The notes under the pieces are model-generated. The model was not told the DNA's origin, ran no database searches, and saw only the letters and a list, made by a program, of their open reading frames with translations. Both the position numbers and the translations under genes were made by a program. Below, piece after piece: positions 53,164-62,698 of a DNA stretch of 64,000 nucleotides; position 1 is the first letter of the stretch, and each line of letters opens with the position of its first letter. This DNA comes from Acidobacteriota bacterium. Its GTDB lineage: Bacteria > Acidobacteriota > UBA890 > WLXD01. The stretch covers positions 608,001 to 672,000 of the forward strand of contig CBDBHB010000008.1 of NCBI GenBank assembly GCA_965205505.1, given 5' to 3'.

Positions 53164-55124
53164 TCAGTCTGTGGCCTCGTCGGTCGCCGACGCGCTACCC
53201 CGCAAGTAGGTCTCCAGGAATTCAAGGATCTTCCGGTAGCCCTCCTCCTGGTTCTCCTTCTTCACGAAACCGTGGCCCTCGTCGTCGAACACCACGTATT
53301 CCACCGGCGCGTCGTTCTCGCGCACGGCCTCGACGATGTCGTCGGACTCCGCCTTGACCACTCGTGGGTCGTTGGCCCCCTGAAGCACCATGAGCGGACG
53401 CACGATCTGCTCGGCATGAAACAGCGGCGACTTAGCGCGAAACATGTCGAGGTCGTCGAACGGTCCCATCTCGTTCTCGAGCATGGCGCGCTGGGCCTCC
53501 CACCAGGGCGGAATGCTCTCGAGCGTGCGCACCCAGTTGGAGATGCCGAACAGGTCCACGCCGACGGCGAACTCCTCGGGTCGGAAGGTGAGCGCGGCGA
53601 GGGTCATGTAGCCTCCGTAGCTACCACCGAGGATGCCAATCTTGTCGGCATCGACCCAGGTCGTGTCGATCAGCATTCGCTTGCTGGCGACGCAATCGTC
53701 GAGGTCGTCGTGGCCGTGCCGCTGGTCGTCGAGATGAAAGAAGGTCTTGCCGTATCCTGAGCTGCCGCGGTTGTTGATCGCATACACCGCGTAACCGTGG
53801 TTGACCAGGTACTGGATCAGGCCGGAGTAACCGATGCGCGACTGGCCGCCGGGGCCGCCGTGCACCCACAGCGGGGCAGGGACCTTGTTGTCGGGGCCCG
53901 CCTGATGCGGCTTGTAGAGAATGCCGGGAACCTCCAGACCGTCCCATGATTCGAAGCGCTTGACGATCCCGTCGACCAGGTGGTCAGGGTCGATGTTCGG
54001 GTTGAGCGAGCGCGTCAGTTGGACCGGCGCAGCGCCGCCAAGGCGATAGTAGAAGAGGTCGCGCGGTGCGCGGCTGGATGACGAGTAGAACGCCATGTGC
54101 TGCTCATCGCGAGAGATCGAGACCGAGCTGATCTCGGCATCGCCGAGGTCTGGCAACGCGACGAGCTGCATCGTCGCGGCCTCGTACAGTCGCAACTCGG
54201 TGCGCGCGTCGTTGTTGATCCCCACCACGAGGTAGGTACCGCCACGCGAGTACGACGCGAACGAGATGTCCCAGTCGGCGCGCAACACGTCTTCCCGGGC
54301 GCCGGTCTCGAGATCATAGCGAACCAGATATGAAAACTCGGCCCCATCGTCGGTGAGCACCAGCAGGCCGCGATCATCCGGGGTGAAATCGGCAGGCGAG
54401 TTGGAGATGTCGCCCTCGTGCGCCGTCACGTTGCGCACCTCGCCCGAGTCACGGTCGTAGACGAACGCGTCGGAGTCGGCGTTGGTGTTCATTTGCAGCA
54501 GCGCAATCGTACGACCGTCGTTCGAGCTCCCGGCCGGGAAGAACCCCTCGTTCTCGAAGATCAGCTCACGATCGTAGGTGTCGACGTCGTACTCGTACAC
54601 GTCGAAGAATCGCCTGTCGCGTTCGTTTGTCGACACGTAGAACGACTCGTTGTCAGCGGCCCAGCCGGCGAAGTTGCCGATGTGCTCCTCTCCCGGGGTC
54701 AGGTCGGTCACCGCACCATCGGGATCGAGCACGTATAAGTGTCGTAGCTCGTTACCGCCTTGGTCGGCCCCGTACAAGATGCGTTCGTCGTCAGGGAAAT
54801 AGCCAACGGCGAAGATCGAGTCCGTGTTCGAGTTGGTGAGCTGGTCGGCACCGGAGCCGTCTACCGCCAGCGTGAAGGCGTTGAAGATGCCGGTCTCGTC
54901 GCTGCTGACCAGGAGGCTCGAGTTATCGGGCGAAAAAGCGGCGCCTCGATAGCTCGTGGTGTCCAGAAACTCGCCGATGTCGTAGGTCGCGACCGCCACA
55001 GGAGGGGCGGGCGCGCCGCCCGTGCAAGCAGAGGCAAGCACCGCAATCGCCAGCGAGGCAGCGAGCGGCAGGTGGCTCGCCGCGCTATTGCCGGCATCCG
55101 GCAGCCAACGAGGTGGGTGTTCAT
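53164..55124 (-). CDS. S9 prolyl oligopeptidase-family peptidase (frameshift near the 5' end)
   Basis: HGGP, GGSYGG, GANDPRV, DEGHGF; start MNTH at 55124 after AAGGAG. Confidence 0.88.
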
Positions 55125-55288
55125 GGTTGTCTCCTTCGGGGACTCAGATCTGAGCACAATCGCGTCAGGGGCCGTCTTGGCGTTACCATGCAGGCGCATC
55201 GGGTGCTCCCTCTGAGGCCGTTGAGGTCTTTTGACAACCCCATTCAGCCTTAGAGGAGCCCCGATGTGAACAACCTCCTCAGAAAGCG

Positions 55289-56542
55289 CTAGTGTGTCAG
55301 GATTGTTCGGCTCAAGGCCGGTAGCGAAGTCGCGCCGACCAGTTGCATCGAGCGCCGCAGCTCGCCGTGGAGCATCTGCAGCACCCTATCGACGCCGGCT
55401 TCTCCGAAGGCACCCAAGCCCCAGAGATAGGGGCGGCCGATGCCGACCGCCGTGGCACCCAGGGCAAGAGCCTTGAGCATATCGGTGCCGCGTCGGAAGC
55501 CGCCGTCGACGATGATCGGCGCACGGCCGGCCACCGCATCGACCACCTCCGGCAGGCTCTCGATCGTGGCGCGGCCCGAGGGCTCGTTGCGGCCACCGTG
55601 GTTCGACACCACGATTCCGTCGACGCCGTGCTCGATGCACAGCTCGGCGTCCTCACGCGTCACGATCCCCTTGACGACCAGCCGCATACCGATGGTGTCC
55701 TTGATGCGATCGACGAAATCCCAGGTAGCGCTTGGATTTCCCACCCCGGTGACATCCGTCAGATCGAGCCCGTCGAACATGGGCTTGCGGCGCACTGCGC
55801 CAGCGAAACCCTCGGCTCGAGGCAAGTGGCAGACGCTGCAGTCGCGCGGATCTTCCTGCGAACCTCTGGCGGACGTCTCGCGGTTGCCACCTACCGGGTG
55901 GTCGACGGTCAACACGACCACCGGACAGCCGGCGGCCTCGACGCGGCGCAAGATCGCCTCGGTCACCGCCCATTCGTTGGTCGGGTAGAGCTGATACCAG
56001 ACCGGCTCGCCGCGCGCCTCGTTGACCTCTTCGACCGCCGACGTCGTAACGGTAGAGAGCATCTGCAGATGTCCTCGCGCTCGCGCCGCACGAGCGACGG
56101 CTACCTCGCCTTCGGGATGGAAGGCTTTCTGGCTGCCGCATGGCTGGATGACGATCGGTGTTTCCCACCGCCGCCCGAAGATTTCCGTCGACATGTCGAT
56201 CTCGCTCACGTCGACCAGGCGCCGAGCGCGCAGCTGAATACTCGCCAGGGCCTCGCGGTTGGCGCGCAGCGTCACCTCGCCGTCGACGCCGGTGGCCATG
56301 TAGGCAAAGTGCGACGGCGGCACGTTCTTACGCGCCGTAGCCTCGAGGTCGAAGACGTTGACTGCCTGCTCGGGCGAATAAACTACGCGTCCCTGCTCGC
56401 TGACGAACTGGGCGATCTCGGCGGCGATCTCGTCGTCGAGCCGACCCACCGCCGATTCGGCGACCGGCCACGTATACAGTCCGGCACCGGCGAGCAACGG
56501 GCTGCCCGCCAGGTATCGCAAGAAACCACGGCGTGTCGTCAC
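55289..56542 (-). CDS. FMN-dependent alpha-hydroxy acid oxidase with Tat signal
   Basis: TRRGFL; WYQLY, VKG, VSNHGGR, DGGFRRGTD, GRPYLWGL. Confidence 0.92.
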   Translation of the reverse strand: MTTRRGFLRYLAGSPLLAGAGLYTWPVAESAVGRLDDEIAAEIAQFVSEQGRVVYSPEQAVNVFDLEATARKNVPPSHFAYMATGVDGEVTLRANREALASIQLRARRLVDVSEIDMSTEIFGRRWETPIVIQPCGSQKAFHPEGEVAVARAARARGHLQMLSTVTTSAVEEVNEARGEPVWYQLYPTNEWAVTEAILRRVEAAGCPVVVLTVDHPVGGNRETSARGSQEDPRDCSVCHLPRAEGFAGAVRRKPMFDGLDLTDVTGVGNPSATWDFVDRIKDTIGMRLVVKGIVTREDAELCIEHGVDGIVVSNHGGRNEPSGRATIESLPEVVDAVAGRAPIIVDGGFRRGTDMLKALALGATAVGIGRPYLWGLGAFGEAGVDRVLQMLHGELRRSMQLVGATSLPALSRTILTH

Positions 56543-56655
56543 GTTCTCGGGGCCCTCTTCACCGGTCCTACCGAACCTTCGTATCCGACTGACCCTGGCA
56601 CCTCATCACACCGATCGCTCAACTTCAACGAGTCCGGAATCAGCCACCCGCGCCA

Positions 56656-56690
56656 CAATATGCAACGAACCGCTGTTACAGGACATTTAG
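56656..56690. repeat. Degenerate copy of the TGGCCTGTAAC-type element end
   Basis: CAATATGCAACGAACCGCTGTTACAGGACATTTAG is an inverted, imperfect match to 58044-58077. Confidence 0.6.
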
Positions 56691-56938
56691 GAACCGGACC
56701 GCCTACGAACAGAACCGCCGAAAAGATGCCATCGCGCCGGCGGTTGCCAACGCGTTCCCTCAGCGGGACGTCTCGCGCAGCAACGCCGGAATCACCCAAA
56801 CGCTTATCTGCCAGACAACCAACCAACGGTGCCGCGGGTCTCGCCGGCTCTTTTTGTTTTGACGCTAGCCGTTCCGACAGCTACGCTCGCGACGTCGGAC
56901 CAGCTACCGGTCCCTCCCCTCGCCCGGAGCTGCGGCGC

Positions 56939-57916
56939 GTGACCCTGACTGTCGACGGCTTTCGGCACTCGCATGAGTGCGAGCCGCACCACCCTCGCAC
57001 CAAGGCGATCCTCCTCGACCATCCTGAGGTCCGCGAGCTGATCGGCCGCAATCCGTGGTCCTTCGCGATCATTCTCGGCATCATCGCAGTCCAGTTCAGC
57101 GTCGCCTGGACGCTGCGCGACAGCCCCTGGTGGCTGATCGGAATCGTAGCCTACTGCTTCGGCGCCTTCGTGAACCACACGAGCTACGTGATGGTGCACG
57201 ACGCAACCCACGGGCTGATCTTCCGGCCGCGCTGGGCGAACAACGTCGCGGCTATCCTCGCGGGCGCGGTAAACACCATGCCAACGGCGATGTCGTTCCG
57301 GTCATATCACCTCATACACCATTCGCATCAGGGCGTGCACAAAGTGGATGCAGACATACCAAGCTACTGGGAGGCGCGCCTGATCGGCAATTCGTTCTTC
57401 CGCAAGCTGATCTGGCTGCTGCTGTACCCGCTGATGCAGTCGCTTCGACCGCTCCGCATCAAGCAGCTGACCTTTCTGACGCGATGGACGCTCGCCGATT
57501 GGGCGATCGTCTTCTCCATCGATGCGCTGGTGATCTGGGCTTGGGGTCCGCGTGCGTTTCTGTACTTGCTGGCCTCCCTGTTCTTCGCCGTCGGTCTGCA
57601 CCCGCTAGGTGCCCGCTGGATCCAGGAGCACTACATGGTGGGATCCGACACCCAGGAGACCTTCAGCTACTACGGCAAGATGAACTGGTTGGCCTGTAAC
57701 GTCGGCTATCACACCGAGCACCACGACTTCACCTCGGTGCCGTGGAACCGGTTGCCGCAGATAACCACCATGGCCCCCGAGTACTACGGATCGCTCGTCA
57801 GCCACGACTCGTGGGCGCGCCTGATGTGGCGCTTCCTCACCGAGGCCGACCTGTCGCTCTGGGCCCGCACGGTCCGCGACGGGCGCCATGGCGACGCCGA
57901 GGACTGCGCCGGCTGA
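56939..57916 (+). CDS. Sphingolipid delta-4 desaturase (DES1/DEGS)-like fatty acid desaturase
   Basis: GTG after GGAG; EPHHPRTKAIL..HPEV N-terminal motif; His boxes HDATH, HLIHH, HTEHH; GLHPLGARWIQEHY; ETFSYYG. Confidence 0.85.
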   Translation: MTLTVDGFRHSHECEPHHPRTKAILLDHPEVRELIGRNPWSFAIILGIIAVQFSVAWTLRDSPWWLIGIVAYCFGAFVNHTSYVMVHDATHGLIFRPRWANNVAAILAGAVNTMPTAMSFRSYHLIHHSHQGVHKVDADIPSYWEARLIGNSFFRKLIWLLLYPLMQSLRPLRIKQLTFLTRWTLADWAIVFSIDALVIWAWGPRAFLYLLASLFFAVGLHPLGARWIQEHYMVGSDTQETFSYYGKMNWLACNVGYHTEHHDFTSVPWNRLPQITTMAPEYYGSLVSHDSWARLMWRFLTEADLSLWARTVRDGRHGDAEDCAG

Positions 57917-57928
57917 ACCGCCATGGCG

Positions 57929-58096
57929 CTAGTGTCCTGAGTCGGGACACTAGCAGGCCGTGGTGGAAGTGTGGCGGGCCTGGATACGGCGAGCTCTCAG
58001 ACGCTTCGATTATGCAGGAGACTCCCGCTTGCCATAGAAGCAACTAGTGGCCTGTAACAAAGGTTCGTTGCGTATTGCTGGGTCGAGACTAGCTAG
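57929..58096. repeat. Cluster of CTAG-bounded mini-elements
   Basis: CTAGTGTCCTGAGTCGGGACACTAG palindrome (57929-57953), then CTAGCAGGCC, CTAGTGGCCTGTAAC (58044) and CTAGCTAG (58089-58096). Confidence 0.7.
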
Positions 58097-58108
58097 CAGG
58101 GCGAGGAT

Positions 58109-59716
58109 ATGTCATCTGCACGCCGTCGGCGCCGCTCGCAAGGGCACGGGCCGAAGAAAGAGAAGGCGACCTCCACGCCAGCTCCGGTGCCATCGCTCCG
58201 GGCGTTCGGCATACCGTTGTCGTTGACGCTCGGCCTCGTCGCGCTCTCGTTCATACCTCGCCTCTACGATCACCCGGTGCTCGCCCGGTCGCTCTGGGGC
58301 GCAGCAGCGGCGCTGCTTATCTGGCAGGCCGTGCTCATCGGGGGCCTCAGGCGCTCCGGCGTCGGGCGATCGGTGCACACGGTGTTGCGGCCGCAGCACT
58401 ATGCACAAGCGATGGTTCAAGCGGCGGTGTTCGCCTACTGGGGCTATTACTGGCGGTCCGTCTATGACTACGTGTGGCTCCTGGTGGCGCAGCTGGTGTT
58501 CGCCTACGCCTTCGACATGCTGTTGGCATGGTCGCGTCGCCACAGCTACGCGCTCGGCTTCGGCCCATTTCCGATCATATTCAGCACCAACCTTTTTCTT
58601 TGGTTCAGGGACGATTGGTTCTACCTGCAGTTCGTGATGATTGCCGTCGGGTTCCTCGGGAAGGAATTTGTTTGCTGGCGCCGTGACAACAGGCGCACGC
58701 ACATCTTCAACCCGTCGGCCTTCTCGCTCGGGCTGTTCTCGCTGGTGTTGATTGTGACCAACACCACCGACCTCACCTGGGGGCAGGACATCGCGACGAC
58801 GCTGACGCTGGCGCCGAGGATCTATTTGTTCCTGTTCCTCCTCGGGCTGGTGGTCATGTATTTGTTCTCGATCACCCTTGTCGCCGGATCCGCCGCCATC
58901 GCGCTCTTCGGGTTGAGCGCACTGTATTGGGGATGGACCGGAGTCCCCTATTTCGTCGATTCAGAGATACCGACGGCGGTTTTTCTCGGCCTGCATCTGC
59001 TGGTGACCGATCCGTCCACGTCGCCCAGAACACCCGTCGGCAAGACCCTGTTCGGCGTGTTGTACGGATTGGGCGTGTTCGGCCTCTATGCTCTGCTCGG
59101 GGCACTCGGCGCACCGACGTTTTACGACAAGCTGCTGTGCGTGCCGCTCTTGAACCTCGGCGTACAACGCATCGACCGTCTGGCCGGCGCTCTCGAGGGA
59201 ATCTCAGCCGCGAGCAGCTGGGGGCGGTGGACTCCGGCGCATGGCAACACGGCACACATTGCTGTCTGGATCGCCTTCTTCGGCGCCGTGACGGCCGCCG
59301 GGTCGACCGACGGCATGCACCCCGGCGACACCCTGCCCTTCTGGCAGCAAGCGTGCGCCGAGGGCCGCCGGAATGCCTGCGATCGGCTGCTGCAGATCGA
59401 GACCTCGTACTGCAACGACAACTCGGCATGGGCATGCAACGAGCTCGGGAGACACTACACGGCGGCAAATCTGGTAGCGCCCGATGCCCAGCGCGCCTGG
59501 GGTTTCTTCTCGCGAGCGTGCGAGCTGCGGTACCAACCCGCCTGCTTCAACCTGCTTGATCCCGGCGGTTCCTATCGGACCGAACCGCGCGACATCGATC
59601 TGCGGCTGCTGCTACGTGAGGGCGGAGCCAACCTGCTCGAGATGCCGGAAGAACAGCTGCTCGCTCGTGCCTGCGCGCACCGCTGGACCTTCGCGTGTGG
59701 CGAGGGCGCACGGTAA
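58109..59716 (+). CDS. RnfD/NQR2-like polytopic membrane protein with a Cys-rich Sel1-like C-terminus
   Basis: HIFNPSAF and LVTDPSTSP motifs; C-terminal AC..G...AC, ACNELG and ACEL....AC repeats. Confidence 0.65.
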   Translation: MSSARRRRRSQGHGPKKEKATSTPAPVPSLRAFGIPLSLTLGLVALSFIPRLYDHPVLARSLWGAAAALLIWQAVLIGGLRRSGVGRSVHTVLRPQHYAQAMVQAAVFAYWGYYWRSVYDYVWLLVAQLVFAYAFDMLLAWSRRHSYALGFGPFPIIFSTNLFLWFRDDWFYLQFVMIAVGFLGKEFVCWRRDNRRTHIFNPSAFSLGLFSLVLIVTNTTDLTWGQDIATTLTLAPRIYLFLFLLGLVVMYLFSITLVAGSAAIALFGLSALYWGWTGVPYFVDSEIPTAVFLGLHLLVTDPSTSPRTPVGKTLFGVLYGLGVFGLYALLGALGAPTFYDKLLCVPLLNLGVQRIDRLAGALEGISAASSWGRWTPAHGNTAHIAVWIAFFGAVTAAGSTDGMHPGDTLPFWQQACAEGRRNACDRLLQIETSYCNDNSAWACNELGRHYTAANLVAPDAQRAWGFFSRACELRYQPACFNLLDPGGSYRTEPRDIDLRLLLREGGANLLEMPEEQLLARACAHRWTFACGEGAR

Positions 59717-60654
59717 TGCGGTCGACCGCGGGCGGGTGGCGGGCGACGTTGCTGGCGACTGCCCTGATCGTGATCGGAGCGGTCGCCTGCGAACGCCCAC
59801 CGTCCGAGGTCGAGGACGGGCCGCCATCCACATCCAATCCCTCACAGCTCCCCGGGTTCCGCGCCGACGCCTGGTTTCTGCCCGACGATGAGCTTCTCGG
59901 GTTTGTGGAAATCCCGGCGGGGCAGTTCGTCATGGGCAGCGACGCGGCGATCGATGCGCTGGCCTTTGCTAACGAGCGCTGGGGCGACGGAAGCGCCCAG
60001 GGGACGGTGGATCTTCCGGCCTTCTATATTGGCCGCTACGAAGTCACCGTGGCGCAGTTCGGCGCCTTCGTACAAGCAACGGGGTTCACGGTCGAGGCCC
60101 GTGCCTTGCAGGCTCCTCCCGATCATCCTGTGACCTGGATCTCATGGCCGGACGCGGTCGCCTACGGTCGCTGGCTCGAGAGCGCTCTCGGACAGTGGGC
60201 TCAAACACCGCGGCGACTCAGCCGTGCGCTCGACGCCGGCTGGCGCATCGAGCTACCGACCGAAGCGGAGTGGGAAAAGGCAGCGCGGGGACCGGATGGG
60301 CGGATCTATCCGTGGGGAAACAGGCCGGCGACGGAGCGGGCCAACTACGCCGGCATCGCGACGGCACCGGTGGGCAGCTTCCGCTGCCCGGAATGCGCCT
60401 TCGGTCTGTTCGACATGAGCGGCAACGTTTGGGAGCTGACGCGCAGCCCGTACCAGCCATACCCGTACGACCCGACCGATGACCGAGAAGATCTCGAAGC
60501 GGACGCGCTGTGGGTCATGCGTGGCGGGCATTTCGGCGATCCCGAGCAGAATATTCGTGCCGCCGTCCGCGGTGGCGTCGACCCCGGTGCGCGCCGACCG
60601 TTTATCGGGTTCCGTGTGGTGATCGTTTCCACGGTTTCCACTCAATTCCCATGA
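59716..60654 (+). CDS. SUMF1/FGE-sulfatase (EgtB/PvdO-like) domain lipoprotein
   Basis: FVMGS; YEVTVAQF; LPTEAEWEKAARG; YPWG; DMSGNVWE; RGG; GFRV. TAATG coupling to the upstream gene. Confidence 0.88.
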   Translation: MRSTAGGWRATLLATALIVIGAVACERPPSEVEDGPPSTSNPSQLPGFRADAWFLPDDELLGFVEIPAGQFVMGSDAAIDALAFANERWGDGSAQGTVDLPAFYIGRYEVTVAQFGAFVQATGFTVEARALQAPPDHPVTWISWPDAVAYGRWLESALGQWAQTPRRLSRALDAGWRIELPTEAEWEKAARGPDGRIYPWGNRPATERANYAGIATAPVGSFRCPECAFGLFDMSGNVWELTRSPYQPYPYDPTDDREDLEADALWVMRGGHFGDPEQNIRAAVRGGVDPGARRPFIGFRVVIVSTVSTQFP

Positions 60655-62614
60655 CGTGCTTCTGCATCCACATGATCTCTTCGATATCACGCCGGCGCTG
60701 ATGCCTCGGTTCACGGAAACCATGTGGCTCGCGCGGGAAGCTCACGTAGCGGACTGGTGCCTTGCCAATGTCCTTGAGCGCGGTGAAAAACAGCATGCTC
60801 TGCTGGGGAGTACTCACCAGATCGCGCTCCCCGTGCAGTAGCAGCGTAGCGGTGGTCACGTCCTTCACGTACCAGAGGGACGACGCGCGGCGCCACTCCT
60901 CTGGGTTGGTCCAGTGGGCTCCGCCGATGTAGTGAAGCCGCAGATCGTAGCTGAGCCCGGGACCCGTTTCCGCCGTCCAACTTCCGACCATGGCACCCAG
61001 GGACGCTGCCTTGAAGCGGTCGGTTTGGGTGATAACCCAGCTGCCGAGGATCCCTCCCCAACTCCAACCGCGCAGTCCCAACCGATCGGGGTCGACCTGG
61101 CGCTCGGCGATCAGGTGGTCGACGCCGGTCATCACGTCGTCGTACTCGCCGCCTCCGACATCGCCCATGAGCGCGGTCAAGAGATCGTCGCCGTAGCTGT
61201 CGCTACCGCGAATGTTCGGTCCAAACGAGGCGTACCCCAGGCCAGCGAAAACGTGGAAGTCCGGCCAGAACTCGTTGGCAAAATGGCCGGGTGGGCCACC
61301 ATGGATGTCGAGTATCAGCGGGATCCTGGACCCCTCCTGGGAGATTTCGGGTCGGTAGAAGACTCCTTCGATCTCCATCCCGTCCTTGCTCGCCCAGCGC
61401 ACGATCTCGGCATCCGCCAGCACGATCTCCTTTTCGATCCATGGATTGGCGCGGGTCAGTCGGACAGGATCGAGCTCCTCGACCGCAGAGGCGTATAGAT
61501 CGTTGGGTGTCTTGAAGTCGTTGAACGAGTAAACCATCCTCGTTCGATCTTCAGAGAAGTCGAGGGCACGGAGCGTACCCGTGACGCTCGTGATGTCGGT
61601 TACCCCTCCAGTCTGCACATCGACGCGGTAGAGATTGCTGTTCGTGCGACGCGTCTCGGTGAAGAGCAGGCTCTCGCCGTTCGGCGTCCAGGTGAGGCCA
61701 GAGATCTGGCCCTGCTGCTGACCTTCCAGCTTCTTCTTGTCACCGGTATCGACGTCCACGACCCAGATAAAACCGTGGGTCAGGTCGTATTCGGCGTCGG
61801 TGGGAGCGTGGTACGCGAGCGTTCTTCCGTCCGGTGCCCACACGGCGCGCTGCTCGGGAGCGTTGTTGTGCGTCAACCGTGTGACCTGCCGGCTTCGCGT
61901 GTCAACGAGGTAAAGCTCGGACAAATGGTGGTAGTTGTCGAGGTCTTGCCGCATTGCGGCGAATACGACGCGCCTGCCGTCTGGCGACACGTCGAACTCG
62001 CTGACGATGAGCTCCTCCTCGGTCAGACGTGTCTCCTCCCTCGACGAAAGGCTGAACGCCCACAGGTTGCGCCAAGCGGCTTGCTGTCTGCCGTTCGCGC
62101 CCTCGCGCACATAGAACGCGTCCGCCCCCAGATCGTATTCCTCCTGTTCCTCGTCGCTCCTCGCCTCGTCGGCGCTGAACATTATTCGGCTGGCGTCGGA
62201 GCTCCACTGATACGAGACGATGCCGTTGTCGTGATTCGTGAGTTGCTGAGCCTCACCACCGGTAACGCTTATCAGGAAGATCTGCTGATTTCCCTCGACG
62301 GGCCGCAGAAAGGACAGATGCCCTCCGTCGGGGGAGAATCGGAACGCACTGCCGCCCGCCTCGCCGATGAACTCCCTCGCCGCCCCGCCGTCGGCGGCCG
62401 TCAGGTAGTGCCTTTGCCTTCTCTTGTTCTGGTCCCAATCAAGCTCGGATTTCGAGAAGAAGATCCATTCACCGCCAGGAGACATTCGAACGTTCTGCAG
62501 GCGCACCATGTTCAAGGCGTCGTCGACGGTCATGGGGCGACGCATGACGTCCTGCGCGACGGCGCTCGTACCGATGAGCAGGCTAGCAACTAGCACGAAA
62601 ACGATTGTTCTCAA
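60602..62614 (-). CDS. S9 (dipeptidyl/acylaminoacyl) peptidase
   Basis: TTG after AGGAG; propeller repeats; IHGGP, GWSWGG, HGERD, REPHG. Confidence 0.9.
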   Translation of the reverse strand: MRTIVFVLVASLLIGTSAVAQDVMRRPMTVDDALNMVRLQNVRMSPGGEWIFFSKSELDWDQNKRRQRHYLTAADGGAAREFIGEAGGSAFRFSPDGGHLSFLRPVEGNQQIFLISVTGGEAQQLTNHDNGIVSYQWSSDASRIMFSADEARSDEEQEEYDLGADAFYVREGANGRQQAAWRNLWAFSLSSREETRLTEEELIVSEFDVSPDGRRVVFAAMRQDLDNYHHLSELYLVDTRSRQVTRLTHNNAPEQRAVWAPDGRTLAYHAPTDAEYDLTHGFIWVVDVDTGDKKKLEGQQQGQISGLTWTPNGESLLFTETRRTNSNLYRVDVQTGGVTDITSVTGTLRALDFSEDRTRMVYSFNDFKTPNDLYASAVEELDPVRLTRANPWIEKEIVLADAEIVRWASKDGMEIEGVFYRPEISQEGSRIPLILDIHGGPPGHFANEFWPDFHVFAGLGYASFGPNIRGSDSYGDDLLTALMGDVGGGEYDDVMTGVDHLIAERQVDPDRLGLRGWSWGGILGSWVITQTDRFKAASLGAMVGSWTAETGPGLSYDLRLHYIGGAHWTNPEEWRRASSLWYVKDVTTATLLLHGERDLVSTPQQSMLFFTALKDIGKAPVRYVSFPREPHGFREPRHQRRRDIEEIMWMQKHVMGIEWKPWKRSPHGTR

Positions 62615-62698
62615 CGGTCTATCTCCTGGAGTCGTGGGTGGAGAGCGGTTCGCCGGCAACGAGGCCACCGTTTCTCCGCAGAACTCAGGCCCGATCAG

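Noticed and set aside
55343-56938. N-terminal 532 aa of the 857-aa plus-strand ORF, suggesting a giant desaturase fusion
   Set aside because: It is the antisense shadow of the alpha-hydroxy acid oxidase plus intergenic DNA; a GTG with RBS at 56939 matches the start of homology.
56656-58077. Composite transposon carrying the desaturase
   Set aside because: The two repeat ends face away from the gene (they would be inner ends), and no outer ends or target duplication were found.
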